64,000 nt of DNA from Paramecium tetraurelia. Taxonomy: Eukaryota. The stretch spans positions 124,001 to 188,000 of the forward strand of contig CT868027.1 of NCBI GenBank assembly GCA_000165425.1. The letters are read 5' to 3'. Position numbers and translations under genes: made by a program. Under the pieces are notes generated by a model that saw only the letters and a list, made by a program, of their open reading frames with translations, did no database searches and had not been told where the DNA came from. Of the stretch, positions 52,126 through 64,000 are shown one piece after another. Position 1 is the first letter of the stretch. Each line of letters starts with the position of its first letter.

Positions 52126-52143
52126 TAAATAATAATAATATTT

Positions 52144-53425
52144 ATGATGGAGATCTAAAAAATTACCAAGTCAATATAAAGTGATTCGACCTTACATAAG
52201 TCGAATTAGAATAAAATTATCAACTCATCTAAGTAGAACAACGAAGAAGGACAAAAAGACTTTTTAAAATTATAAGCTATTCTTGAATCGAAAACAAAAA
52301 TTGATAAAACCCAGAAATCTAATCCATCTCAGAAACCGAAGTCATAAGGCATCCCAGAATTAAAAGTAAAAGATCCAATTAAGAATAATCCAAATAATAG
52401 TGTGATTACCAAGAAGCATGATGAATAGAAAAAGCAAACAAAGGAGCTTGTAGTTAAGCAGAAAGAAGGGGAAAAACACCATGTCAAATAAGAAATAGGT
52501 AAATTCGATAAAGTTTAGAAGCAAATTAAAACCAATCCTTCAACTTCTGCGCAACAAGCACCTAAACAGAAGGAAGTGAAGGACAATTCTTATTAGCCAT
52601 TAAAAATACATAAGCCTATGATCAAAGATAAAGTAGTTTAAAAAGATGATGACGAAGCTAAAGTTCAATAGAATGAGATCATTATATAAAAGAAAAATAA
52701 CCAAAACAATGATAAGCAAGTTTCTATAAAGAAGGATAACTTGGATGAAACAAAAAAACCATAGCCTGTACTTGTAGCAAATTAGCAATCATAGAAATAA
52801 TAAATTAAGAAAGATCTTGGAGAGGAAAAGCTCATGTAGTTACTATTAAGTTCATCCAACAAAAACACTAAGAAGAGTAAAAATAAGGAGAAGGAAAAGC
52901 AAGAGCAAATAAAATCAAAGGAATCCAAAGGTCAAAATCCATAATTCAATTCATCTATCAATAGGGATAAAATCAAAGAATTATAGAGCTAGAAATCAAA
53001 GCCTTTTTCAATTAAACCCTAAATCAAAGACCTAAGCATTTAAAAATTAAGCCAATAAAAGAATTACATTAATGATGATTATGATTTAGATGATTCGTTT
53101 ATTAATGATTCAGAGAGCGTAGATGTAGAGATCGATCCAAAAGAAGTTGTCACTGAATTAAAGAAGTTGCAGAGGTATTTCTTAAGTTTATAAGAGTAGA
53201 AAAAAGGAAGGTAGAAAGCAGGGCGATCTAGATGATGACATTGAAGAGGCTGGTTTTGATGTCATGTTGAAGGAGGAAAAGAAGTCTAGAGTATTGGGGA
53301 TTATAGATGACTACAGAGAAGAGAAGTATATAAAGAAAGAAATTAAAAAAGAAAAACAACAGAAGAAGAAGTTAATGGAGATGAAAAATAAATAGGAAAA
53401 TAAAAAAGAAGAAGATGCGTAGTGA
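52144..53425 (+). CDS. SPT2: SPT2-like histone chaperone (K/Q-rich N-terminus, C-terminal SPT2 domain)
   Basis: DDYDLDDSFIND...DDDIEEAGFDVMLKEEKKSRVLGIIDDYREE matches the SPT2 C-terminal pattern. Confidence 0.7.
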
Positions 53426-53508
53426 ATTTAAACTATATTTTAATGATATAAATAACACATTAATAGACTACTGATTTTTAAGCAATGATAAATATAATAA
53501 AAAATTGT

Positions 53509-55465
53509 TCATTTAGTTATTGCTTTAATGATATCCATTACAAATTCAGGTTTTCTACTTTCAACTTTAGGAGATCCAAATATATCATCGTCATCTCTTT
53601 CTTCAAATGACATGACATAAACATGAGTCTGATTTCTAGAGAGATGAATGAATAGAATTATTACTATTAATTGAAGATCATGTTTCCCTTGTGTCCTCCA
53701 ATAATCCACAATTCATTTCCACTTCCCATGGTATCAGCAGCACAATAACATCTTGGAATGGGGATGGTACCATGTATTTTAGGTTTAGTCCTGAGATTTA
53801 TTAATTAACAATATTACCAACCCAAGGTCTCAGGATTGAAATGATAGAGATCTCCGAGAATATCACTTGAATGTTCGCCTCTTCCTCCATAGATGAACAA
53901 GTGTCCACCTAAAGCACTTCCCAGATGGCCATGTCTTGGAGAAGGCGGTTCTCCCTTCATAACAGGAGTTAAATTAGCCCAACTGGCTTCTTTGGAGAAA
54001 TCCAGAACCCACAAATCATTGAAATTAGGAGTGTAATGTCCTTCAGGAAGCGACTGACCTCCGAAAATGTACAATTTGTCTTTGATTTAAGTGGCTGAAT
54101 GGGCAGATCTTGGAGGAGGTTTGAGTGCATGTTCATCTAGATCATAACTATGTTTAGATTGGAATAAATACTGAGTCCACATCATGGTGGTTAGGTCTAG
54201 ACAATAGATGTCATTGTAAGTCTTCTGCACTTCAAGATCATGGCTGCAGTAGTATCCGCCAAAGTAAATTAAGGATTGGTAGTTGGAAAGCAGAGTCAAA
54301 GAGGCTTTTTCCCTGGGAGACGGAAGCTGCCCCTTGGGTTTGCTTTAGATCCAAGTTTTTGAAGTAGTGTTGTAGACATAATAATCATCAAAGACCTTGT
54401 CTGAATTCAGTCCGCCATAGTAGATTATTTTATTCCCATATTTAATTGCACTAGATAAGTATTTAAAAGCTACTTATGGAATGCTCTTGGATCAGGAATG
54501 GGTCCTTTGGTATCCTCGACGACTCTGAGTTCTTTGGTTCTGGGATTGAGGATGTGTAGGTCATTTTTAAAGTTATGGCCTGTGCCTCGACCACCGAAAA
54601 TGTAGAATTCATTTCCGATGCCAGTCATTGTTAAGCCATGAATTCGTTCATACTTCTTTTGGATTTGATATTGGGTGAAATACACGTTATCGTAATTTTG
54701 GGGATGGTAATGTAGCTGTTTTCGATTCACGTGAAGAATGTTATTTTTAGATTGATAATTGTTATCCACAGTGGGCAAAGTCTCATCATAGACATATTAT
54801 CCTGCAATGAGAAATTTGTATTGATATGAACCAGGAGCCAGATGCAAATATGCGTAATTGATGTACTTCTTTGCAAAGCCTAAGAATTTCCTATTCAATT
54901 TAATGGGTTGCTTCCATTCATCCCAAGAGCCCATCACAAACATCTCATTCCAGTCCAAATAAGTGCGTACTTTTACTTTCATCAAGTCTTGCTAAGATTC
55001 ATAAGAGTCTCTTTACTTTATAGTTTTATCTAAATTGAACATCTTCATCTGTGTTTGGCTCTTGATCATCAGAACTATCCACTTGAATCAATTTTCTTGG
55101 GACGACTTCCAACTAGGTTAATAGTGGTTTCTTAGTACCCAATTATTATAAGTCCCGAAATTATTGTAAATTACATCTGCATTGGGATCATGTTTCCAAA
55201 GGCCATCAACATTGAACTTATATTAATGGTAACCTGGAGGTAAAGGGGGATTGATTTCGGCTTGTAAGAAACTAGAATAGCATAAAAGAGAGTACTAAGG
55301 AGGCTGCTTAGATTTCACCATTGGGTATCCTACTTGGAAGTGACTCCATGACCCATATAGGGTAACGAGATTGCCTTCGTATTTCCATTCAATCACAGCT
55401 GAGTTTACTGCGCATTCCTGGTCTTCGTGACGATTGCCACATTGTTTGCAATAATTTGATAGCAT
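53509..55465 (-). CDS. Two AMPK-beta-type glycogen-binding (CBM48) domains plus Kelch repeats
   Basis: EWKYEGNLVTLYGSWS...PPGYHQYKFNVDGLWKHDP...GTYNN; MFVMGSWDEW...APGSYQYKFLIAG; Kelch YIFGG, IYFGG, PSPRHGH and LFIYGG. Confidence 0.88.
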
Positions 55466-55789
55466 ATTAAATTATTGCTAAGGTATTTAATTGTACTCAC
55501 TAAAATAATAGGCAAATGATTTTTTGTTTATGTATTATTAAATTTATCGAACTGTTATTTATTCTGAAAGTGAGATTATTTTAAATATGGATATATATGT
55601 AGTAATTCTATTGTGCTCTTTGGCATGCAATTAATTTTAATGATATCAATAATAATATTGATTAATATAAATAATCGAGGATTATCAGAAATAATTAGAA
55701 TGAATATTTAATTTGAATTGAGTATAATAGCGCGTATTTATTTATCCTAAAAAAGAAAGCGAGGGCATATTTGAAATTCAATAAATAAA

Positions 55790-56530
55790 ATGGATAAGAA
55801 GTTTATAATTGTATCCCTGGAAGGAAATGTGGGTGCAGGCAAATCAACCTTATTTGAGATTTTGAGACAAGAATTCCCGAAGGCAATTTTCCTCATGGAG
55901 CCCTTGGAATAGTGGCAGAACGTGCATGGTAACCCCAACCTAAATATCTTGGAGAAGTACTACTCAGACATTCAACGTTGGGGTTTCACTTTTTAAATTT
56001 ATGCTTACCAATCCAGATTAATGGCTTGGGACAAATAATTAAGAGCAGTAGTCAAAGAGCAAAAATTGTAACAGATAGACAATCAATTTTCATCTCCATC
56101 AACCAACGCTGATGATGAACCCATCCTCGTATTTACTGAGAGAAGCATTGAGAGTGCAAGGGAATTGTTTTTCAAATTGTGTTATAATGATGGAACAATC
56201 AACGAACTTGAATATCACATATACGAAGAGTTTTATGAGTGGCTCATGGAACACTACAAGTAATATTTGGTGGATTGTGTCATTTATGTTAACACTCCTC
56301 CTGAAACATGTTTGGAACGTTTGACTCGCAGAGGCAGACAAGAAGAAGCATGTGTCCCACTCGATTACTTGAAGAAGTTACATTAACGACATGAGGATTG
56401 GCTTTCTGATAATACTAATAAATTCAAAATCATAAATATCGATGCTACCAAAAACTACGTTAAGGATTTGGATATCAAAGAAGCTGTTCGCAGACAATTA
56501 ATTGATGAAATATCCACTTTGATTGATTGA
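55790..56530 (+). CDS. Deoxynucleoside kinase (dCK/dGK family), 246 aa, intronless
   Basis: LEGNVGAGKST, EPLEQW, RWGFTFQ, FTERSI, CLERLTRRGRQEE and YLKKLHQRHEDWL. Confidence 0.93.
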
Positions 56531-56575
56531 TAAGTATACTAATTATCAAACATTTTTTTATTTAAATTTTTTTAC

Positions 56576-58886
56576 ATGAAGAAAATTATTTCAGAGAACT
56601 TATCTCCTGAAGAGGCAAAAACTCTCTGGAAATATCTTGATGATGCTTGCTATCTGATCGCTGAACATCAAAGTATAAAATACTAGATTGAGATTTCTAG
56701 CTAAACAACTCTCCTTTGCTGAATTGTATCAGCATGCTTACAAGTTGATACTTAATAAGTTCGGAGATTTCGCCTATTCTTAGTTGCAAATCTCCATTCA
56801 TAACGTTGTGGATAAACTCATCTCGCCCCTAAATATTAGCAATGATGATTAATTATTGTATGATTTTGTATAGGCCTTTGAAGAAGTCCAGCATTTTAGT
56901 AAATTATTGGCAGGCATTCTACTTTACATGGTATATTTCCTTTTATCTATCAATAGGAAAAATCCTATATTCTCTAGAAATCTCTCAAGACTATAAAAAC
57001 TATTTGCAATGAAAGTTTTAAAATTAAGTGCTTTGAGAAGGACCAAAATCTAGCTAATAAACTACTCAATTGTTTCCTTAGTCAAATACGCAACGATAGA
57101 AATTCTCAATTCATTGAACATTTTAAATTGAAAAAAGCATTATAAATACTAGTAACAATTTTCATTCACTTTAGATTGATCTCAATCAAGAACAACAGAT
57201 CAAAAACAAGGAATACAATTACACGATTGATTATAGAATCAATGACGACTTCTACAAACACTTTCTAGAACGCAAACTAATTTAAGATTCTAGGAGCTAT
57301 TTTAAAGAAGAGAGTTAATCAAATCTTAATAAAATGACTATTGAAGAATACATACTTTTTGTTGAGAAAAGATATTTAGATGAAGTAGATAGAGTTCAAC
57401 ATTATATACCTAAAATTTCACATCAAAAAGTTTTGGATTGCTTTATCAAAATTTATATCACCTCCAATGCACAACACATCTCGTAAGGACTTTATGATTT
57501 TATTGAAAATGAAAAAACTGCCATTATCATTATAATATTTCAATTATTTGTCAAAAGCGAGGAATTCGATTTATTTGTAAAAACATTTTCTTAGATTATC
57601 ATTGATGATTTACAAATATTGAATTAGAATGCAAACACTTTACAAGGATTCATTAAATTATATGAGAAGATATTCTCCTTATATGATAAAATTGCTCAAT
57701 ATGGGAACAATGAGCATCAATATAAATTTCATAAAGCCATTAAAAGTATTTCATTTATTAATAATATTAGATGCTTTTGAGTAAGTCATTAATAAAGACA
57801 ATTTTATAATGATGGAATTGAATATATACTTTGATTTCTTAATGAAAAAGGAGACTTTGAGAGATGAAGAGAAAAAGCTACAAATTGATAAGGGGTTTCT
57901 CATTTTCAAATTAGTTTAATCAAAAGATGAATTCGAATAAATTTATAGGAAACACCTATGTGTTAGATTATTAGACTAAACTTATAGTTCTTTGGAAGTC
58001 GAAAAAGATTTACTGAAGAAGCTGAGATTAGAATGTGGATCAGTCTTGACTCACAAAATGGAAACCATGTTCAGCGATTTGGAAAGAAGTAGTGAGGATA
58101 GTTAAAAGTTTAGACAGAAATTGTCATAAAATTAAAGAGATTCCATTGATTTAGACATTCTAGTTCTTACGTCTGAATAATGGCCAATTACTGACTCTTA
58201 ACCAATTATAATTCACACAGAGTTGTTGTTATGGCAATAATAATTCACTCAATATTATTAGAGCAAGAATTCAAAGAGAAAATTGTCATTTAACTATGGA
58301 TTAGGCTCAGTGTCTCTTAAAGCTACTTTTGATTAAAATAGTAAAAAAGATTTTGTATGTTCTGTCTTTCAAGCAACCATTTTAATGCACTTCAATAAAT
58401 AACGTGTCTATAAGGTGGATGAATTGATAAAATTAACAAACTCAGACAAAGAAATAATGTAATATGAATTGGAAAATCTTTTATAGTTTAAATTATTAAT
58501 TTAGAATGAAGAAGAGAATTCATTACAACTAAATTAGAAATTCCAAAATCGTAGTTATAAAATTAAAGTTCAACCAAAAAAGCAATAATCGATGGCTTTA
58601 TGTTCCAAATAAAAAGTTAAATGTTAGGAACTCTAATTAGATTCAAAAGAAATTGCATTAGATAGAAGAGTGTATTTGGAATCATTATTGATTGTATTCA
58701 GAGTTCTCAACGACAAAAAAACAATTGGATCACAAAGATTTATTTAAATATATTGACAAAGATGCTAAGACCAGACACTTTCCAGTTGAAATTCCTTTTT
58801 TTAAGGAATGCATAGAAAATTTGATTCAAAAAGAATATTTAATAAGACAAGAAGGTTAATTAGATACTTATATCTATAAAGCATGA
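56576..58886 (+). CDS. Cullin (CUL3-like N-terminus), frameshifted at the neddylation site
   Basis: SFAELYQHAYKLILNKFG, KDEFEQIYRKHLCVRLL, KLRLECG...KMETMFSDL, VLTSEQWP, CIENLIQKEYLIR and YIYKA-TGA; four small introns. Confidence 0.88.
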
Positions 58887-59110
58887 TAAACATTATAAGA
58901 TTATTATAAAATTTCTTTAAAATTTATAAAGCTAATAATATTTTTAATAATCTCTTCTTATTAATATTTAAATAGATTGTTATAAATATTCAATTCACTT
59001 TGTGATTCTTGTTTTAATTTATAGAAGCTAAATATTCTTAAATAATTAGTGAACCATATGTAGATTTGATTAATAAGTAAATAAATATTTATATATACAT
59101 ATAAGTTGTT

Positions 59111-59841
59111 TCATTATATGTTACAAGCTATGTATTCATCTGATTTCCTTGCCTTGTTCTTTTCAAAATTATGTTAGCATTCCTTAAAGATTGATTCAAA
59201 TTCCTTGCAATTGCTTTTACAAATAATTTTGGAAACTTGAGTGGTTTAAGTTAATTCATTTTTTTCTACATTAAAACTCGAATTTTTAGTCTTAAATTTT
59301 TGAACTTTCTCATTCTTCTTCTCAGGAGAACTAAATTTGGATTAAGGTATGCTGTTATTTAGAACCAACATAGAATCTTATAGCTACCACTTGTCTTTAT
59401 TAGGAGTCTCAATATTCTATAAATTGCTTGCATAACTAAATTTAGATTAAGATTTCAGATCCATTTATGCTGGCTACTAAGTTTTTTAACCAAAATCGGC
59501 TGAAATATTACATGCGGCATCCTTATTCAACTATTAAGATTCAGCGAATGAAAAAGTTCTTTTTTTTGATATTTATTTTATTGTTGATTAAAGTTCTTCG
59601 TTTTTTAGAGATTAAACACAAGAACTAAAGATGTTTGAGTATTTATTTTCGGTTACGCTTTAAAAATATTCAAGTGGTACAATATTATAGATTGGGTTCT
59701 AACTAATGTAAATGCTAAATAATAATACAATTATGTATTATCGTAAGCCTCTAATGACTGATGAGTATCAATCCTTAGAGCATCATTGAATAGTGTATTT
59801 GATTCTTTTAAGTTGCAAACATATTCCTCAATTTTTAGCAT
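59111..59841 (-). CDS. Hypothetical protein
   Basis: MLKIEEYVCNLK... to ...EYIACNIQ-TGA; an intron is needed but not resolved. Confidence 0.5.
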
Positions 59842-59930
59842 TTATCAGTTAAAAAAAAAATCGATTATATTCAAATAGATGTTTAGATTTTATATTTATT
59901 ATAATATATATAAATACATATCCAACATCA

Positions 59931-60719
59931 ATGACATCTATAAAAGCAGTCCTGATTATTAGAGTAAATGACCATCAATTGCTCTTCTCCAAGTCATATA
60001 ATAAAAAGAACGTATATTATAATTTCAAATTATTTAGATTGATTAAGATTATCAAATAATTTTAGAACATATGTCATAAATAAATCCAAGAGCAGAGGAA
60101 AGAGTTACTCTAAAAACTGCTAATGGTGTCTGGCGTTACAAACTTGATGAGAACAAAATTGCTTATGCGTGTATACAAATGTATTTACATTAGTACTTGC
60201 TACAGAGAGTTATCCTGATAGATAAATAAATGCTATGATAAGAGTAAGATATTCTAATCAATTTAAGGAAATAGAAAAAGAATTAAAAAAAATGCCTGAC
60301 TATGTAGATGCCTTACCTAATGATGTTGAAAAATATGCTAAAATATGGATGAAATAATTACATGAAAAATATGATAATTTGGCAGGAGTCGATAAAGTAA
60401 TACATTTACCCTACTTGTTAAGGTTTATGCTGCATAATAAAAAGTTGAGGAGGTTTAAATTGTTATGGAGGATAACATTCACAAAATGATAGATCATGGT
60501 TAATAACTGGAGGTATATTTTTTGCAAAATTACTCATAGAATTTAGATGAAAAAGCAGAAAATCTCAAAAATTAATCGAAACAGTTCCAACAATAATCTC
60601 ATGAACTTGCTAAAATCATGTATTGGAGGAACATGAAACTAAAGATTCTTATAGGCCTTATTGTGTTAGCCGTACTGCTTTATATTATTGTCCCATTAGC
60701 TATAAATGCTTCAAATTGA
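59931..60719 (+). CDS. Longin-domain synaptobrevin (R-SNARE, VAMP7-like) with His at the zero layer
   Basis: Longin N-terminus; SNARE motif KVEEVQIVMEDNIHKMIDHGQQLE|NLDEKAENL...F; YWRNMKLK plus a C-terminal TM helix; several small introns. Confidence 0.9.
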
Positions 60720-61261
60720 AAAGTCATTTTGTATCAAATATAATATTTAGAGATCTTCTATTTGCCTTATTAAACAATATTCTATTTTATAAATTAGTAA
60801 ATAGTATGACAAGAATATCACATCTTAATTAGGTTTATAGAATTAAATGTGATTTAAGGAATAGAAGTATAATATAAAATTAAAACACATAATTAAAATT
60901 TCATTTTTTTTTGGATTCATAAATAAATCAGAGAACCTTCTATTCCAGATATCTTTTTAAACTTATTTTCCTTTTATTATTATTCATTTTTTGTTTTGTA
61001 TTACTTTTAGGTCTTCTTCTGAATTATTATTATCTAACAATTCTTTACTCAATTCTCCAAAGTATCTCTTTTATCGTTAATAAGAACCTTATAAGGTTTA
61101 GTAAAATGCCCTTCTCTATATTATTCTAGCTTTATTGTTTTTTTAATGTTTTTCAACTATCCTCCTATTCTCAATATATTACAGATTCAACTTTTTAGAG
61201 AAGATTATTCAATCCACCACAAGATCACATACTTTATTTATATAAATTATTAGTTTGAGTA

Positions 61262-61699
61262 TCAAATATCATCATCTTCGTACATTTCATCGTAAAGTCC
61301 ATCATACGAATTCACTCCTGGCATTAATCGAGATTAGATCTCTTTTTCTCTGTACTTCTTTGACTTTGAAGCATTCTCAGGTCCTGTCATTCTGCTTAAG
61401 TAATACATGACTTTAGTTGTAATTTCTATTTTCTTCTCTTTTTCTGATTCCTTTGAGAAAGTTTATTAATGAGACCCACTTGAATCTTAATGTTACAATG
61501 ATGGTAGCCTAATTCTAATTTTAGGTCTCAGTTATTCAATCAAATTGTCTTCTGATTTATCTCTTGCTGAATAGGGTTTCCATGAAGTAGCCTTGTATTT
61601 TGTGGGTACTCTGTAGATGTTTGCAAATTGATATTCTTTTTTTGGAATTGTTCGAGAGTATTAAGGAGAATTCAAAACACTTTATAATATAGGGTTCAT
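61262..61699 (-). CDS. Hypothetical protein, 145 aa
   Basis: MNPILQSVLNSPQYSRTIPKKEYQFANIYRVP...YDEMYEDDDI-TGA, uninterrupted. Confidence 0.65.
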
Positions 61700-61731
61700 T
61701 TTTATAACTTAATACTATTATACACAAAAAA

Positions 61732-62911
61732 TCAAACCTGGGGCTTTTTCTTTTAAATCTTTTTTTAAACATTTTACACTCTCGCATTCTAATTAAATTG
61801 CTTAGGTTTCCTATTAACCAACTACTTTTTGATCTATTTGGCAATAGGAACTCTATTAGGTTTCTCAACTTAAGTCTATTCTTATTCTTGATCTGCTTGT
61901 CTCCTCTACACTACACTTACACAAAAGCACGTCAATCTCTAATTTGTTCTAATGACATAAATGGGTTTTAATTTATTCTTGAGATCAATATCATCAAATT
62001 ATTCATTGGCATATAATAAGCAATCCCAAATTTTGATGTCGCCATCAGATGAAATAGATGCCAAATATGTTTAATCGTTCAAATCAAACAATTACAACTA
62101 CTTGATTCTTTTCTAATGAGCCATAAATTTAACTATGATCTTGCTTTATAATTAAGTGTCGACTGTCAATTTTATCATATACACCATTCCATTTGCATCT
62201 TGAATAAATCAATTAAGTACCTGAAAGAATGAGTGAGTCCTGATTTAAAATTGAATCCGTTATCTAGGCTGTAAAATCTATAGTGTGGGCTACCTTATTG
62301 GTCTCACAATCAACTATATAGCATTTTCTGTCTGATTGAAATAATAAATATTGGATTTCTTCTTCCTTTGAAATGAAATGAATCTTATCAATATCTAAGG
62401 TTTTAGAAACAAGTACTAAAATGAAATTTCTTCAATGCAATTCTTTTTAAATTCATCAAATTATAGAGATGCAATTTCTGATCTTTGGTTGCACAAGCTA
62501 AGATCTTTCCTGATTCATGAATAGCTATGCATATAACAGGACTTCCACATTGGAATGTATTAAGTATAGCCCATTATTTATTTCTCCATAAATTTACTTT
62601 TCCATCTTCAGCCGCTGTGAATAGAAAATTAGTGTGGCCTGCAATCTAAGTTATCGTTCCATTATGCTGCTCTAATAAGGTGACTTCAACTCTCCTTCTG
62701 ACATCATACACCTTGATCAACTCCTCAGAACCTCCGATGAACAAATAGCGTCCATTCTGATAGGTTGTTTTGATTAAAGACTCAAATAATAAAGTAAATG
62801 TACTGTGGAGGCTGGAAATGAGTAGAGAGTATTATTCGATGAAAATTAATCATCTAAAGAGAAACCTAAAAGTTTGCCATCATATGTCCCCACATTAATA
62901 TTAATTTCCAT
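61732..62911 (-). CDS. WD40 protein, MAK11/PAK1IP1-like (60S biogenesis)
   Basis: NVGTYDGKLLG, YLFIGGSEELIKVYD, HNGTIT, TAAEDGKVNLW, AIHESGKILA...LYNLM, and a K-rich tail. Confidence 0.8.
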
Positions 62912-63443
62912 TTTAAATTAATTAATAAATAGAATACAGATTATTTATTCATAATTTATATCTTTTACTATAAGAAGCGAATTTTAGATCTCTAATAAAA
63001 ATAGAGAATCTGAGGATTTACCAAAAAAATAGTTCTACCCTAGAAAACCTATATGAAACCATAGGTGCATAATCACTAAACTAGTTTCCTATTTAAAGTT
63101 AATAAATTTCACAATAGTCAATCCAAATTTTAAGGTTTTATCAACCAATCTTCTATCTTTTAACTTATTTACATTAATATCTTCTTTGATTTCCTATCAA
63201 CTCTAATAAAGTATAGAATTATTTTAATTCTCTCTTTCTGGAATACTTTACTTATCAAAATATGCTGGTATTTCTATTAAATTAAGTATCCTCTATTATT
63301 TTATAATAATTAGTTCTAGATGTATTTGCTTCTTAACCCCATTATGACTATAATGAAAATAGTTAGTTATTTTCTTATAAATATTTGTATATATATAACG
63401 AACACATTCAAATTAATAAAATAAATTTAAATAATTAGTATTG

Positions 63444-64000
63444 ATGGACACTAGATAGTCAGAGCACTCTAGAGGCAAGTCTTAGACTTAAATCAAAATG
63501 CGTAACCCATTCGAACTTCTTATAAGTAATGTTACTTTCAATATATAGAAATAATCAGATTACCAAATGTTTGCAATAAATGTGGACATATTACTAGAAT
63601 GAAAGAAATATCAGATATTCTCGAATAATTTGACACAATGACATCTTAATAAATTGATACTATTAATGAAAAACTAATTCAAAAATCGAACTAAATTTTA
63701 GCTGCGCGTCAACAATTAGTTAAAGACACAAAAAATGAGCTCTAATAATCATTGCAATAACTAATTTAAGTGAGATAGAGTATGGGCTCATCTTTTAATT
63801 TTGAAGACAAAGAAAAGTGTTTAGAGCGTGTTTGTGAGGTAATAATCAATAATACTATTTTTAGGACATATTATGCAATGTCCAAAGAATAGATTGAAAT
63901 ATAGAATTCTCTTTCTGAGCTAAATTCAATAATTTAAGAATAATATCAAAAATTTCATCAATTTCCAAATGAAATCACTGAGATGAACAAATTAGAATAT
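63444..64000 (+). CDS. Hypothetical protein, 5' part (CxxC plus coiled coil), truncated by window
   Basis: ATG 63444, a 23-nt intron near 63526, then RLPNVCNKCGH... open to the window end. Confidence 0.5.

Noticed and set aside
60900..61230. Minus-strand ATG TGA TCT TGT GGT..., possible selenoprotein or MG-type gene
   Set aside because: Several in-frame TGAs, no redox motif or SECIS; more likely a decayed gene or non-coding sequence.
1..64000. tRNA, rRNA, CRISPR arrays, transposons, retained IESs
   Set aside because: No cloverleaf, rRNA motif, repeat-spacer array, transposase or terminal repeats seen. IESs cannot be called without a germline/somatic comparison.

Overview
This is a very AT-rich, gene-dense eukaryotic window that reads as ciliate macronuclear DNA of the Paramecium type. 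Long ORFs appear only when TAA/TAG are read as Gln and TGA is the sole stop (translation table 6). Genes carry tiny GT..AG introns of about 21-28 nt, and some intergenic spacers are only 12-25 nt. The supplied standard-code ORF track therefore fragments or misses most genes, so I re-read the genes by hand; boundaries are manual and some internal splice sites are approximate. I find about 40 coding genes. They include kinases and pseudokinases, a HAD-IIA hydrolase, a Zn-lid adenylate kinase, a gelsolin/DSP MAP-kinase phosphatase, a PHD/ePHD chromatin reader, a DNAJB13-like J protein, a very large ankyrin-WGR-PARP, a 3R-Myb, pyroglutamyl peptidase, a UBL-eS31 fusion, YJU2, SPT2, a CBM48-Kelch protein, a deoxynucleoside kinase, a cullin, a longin R-SNARE and a MAK11-like WD40. 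The standout is an intronless, bacterial-type anhydro-N-acetylmuramic acid kinase (anmK, 15754-16818) fully recoded to the ciliate code, a candidate horizontally acquired peptidoglycan-salvage gene in a bacterivore. Other highlights are a stand-alone XRN2-binding-domain micro-protein, a structured intergenic RNA candidate (8256-8370), several pseudo-enzymes, and single-base frameshifts, one of which falls on the cullin neddylation lysine. I could not support any tRNA, rRNA, CRISPR array or transposon. There is one 150-nt assembly gap (3168-3317).
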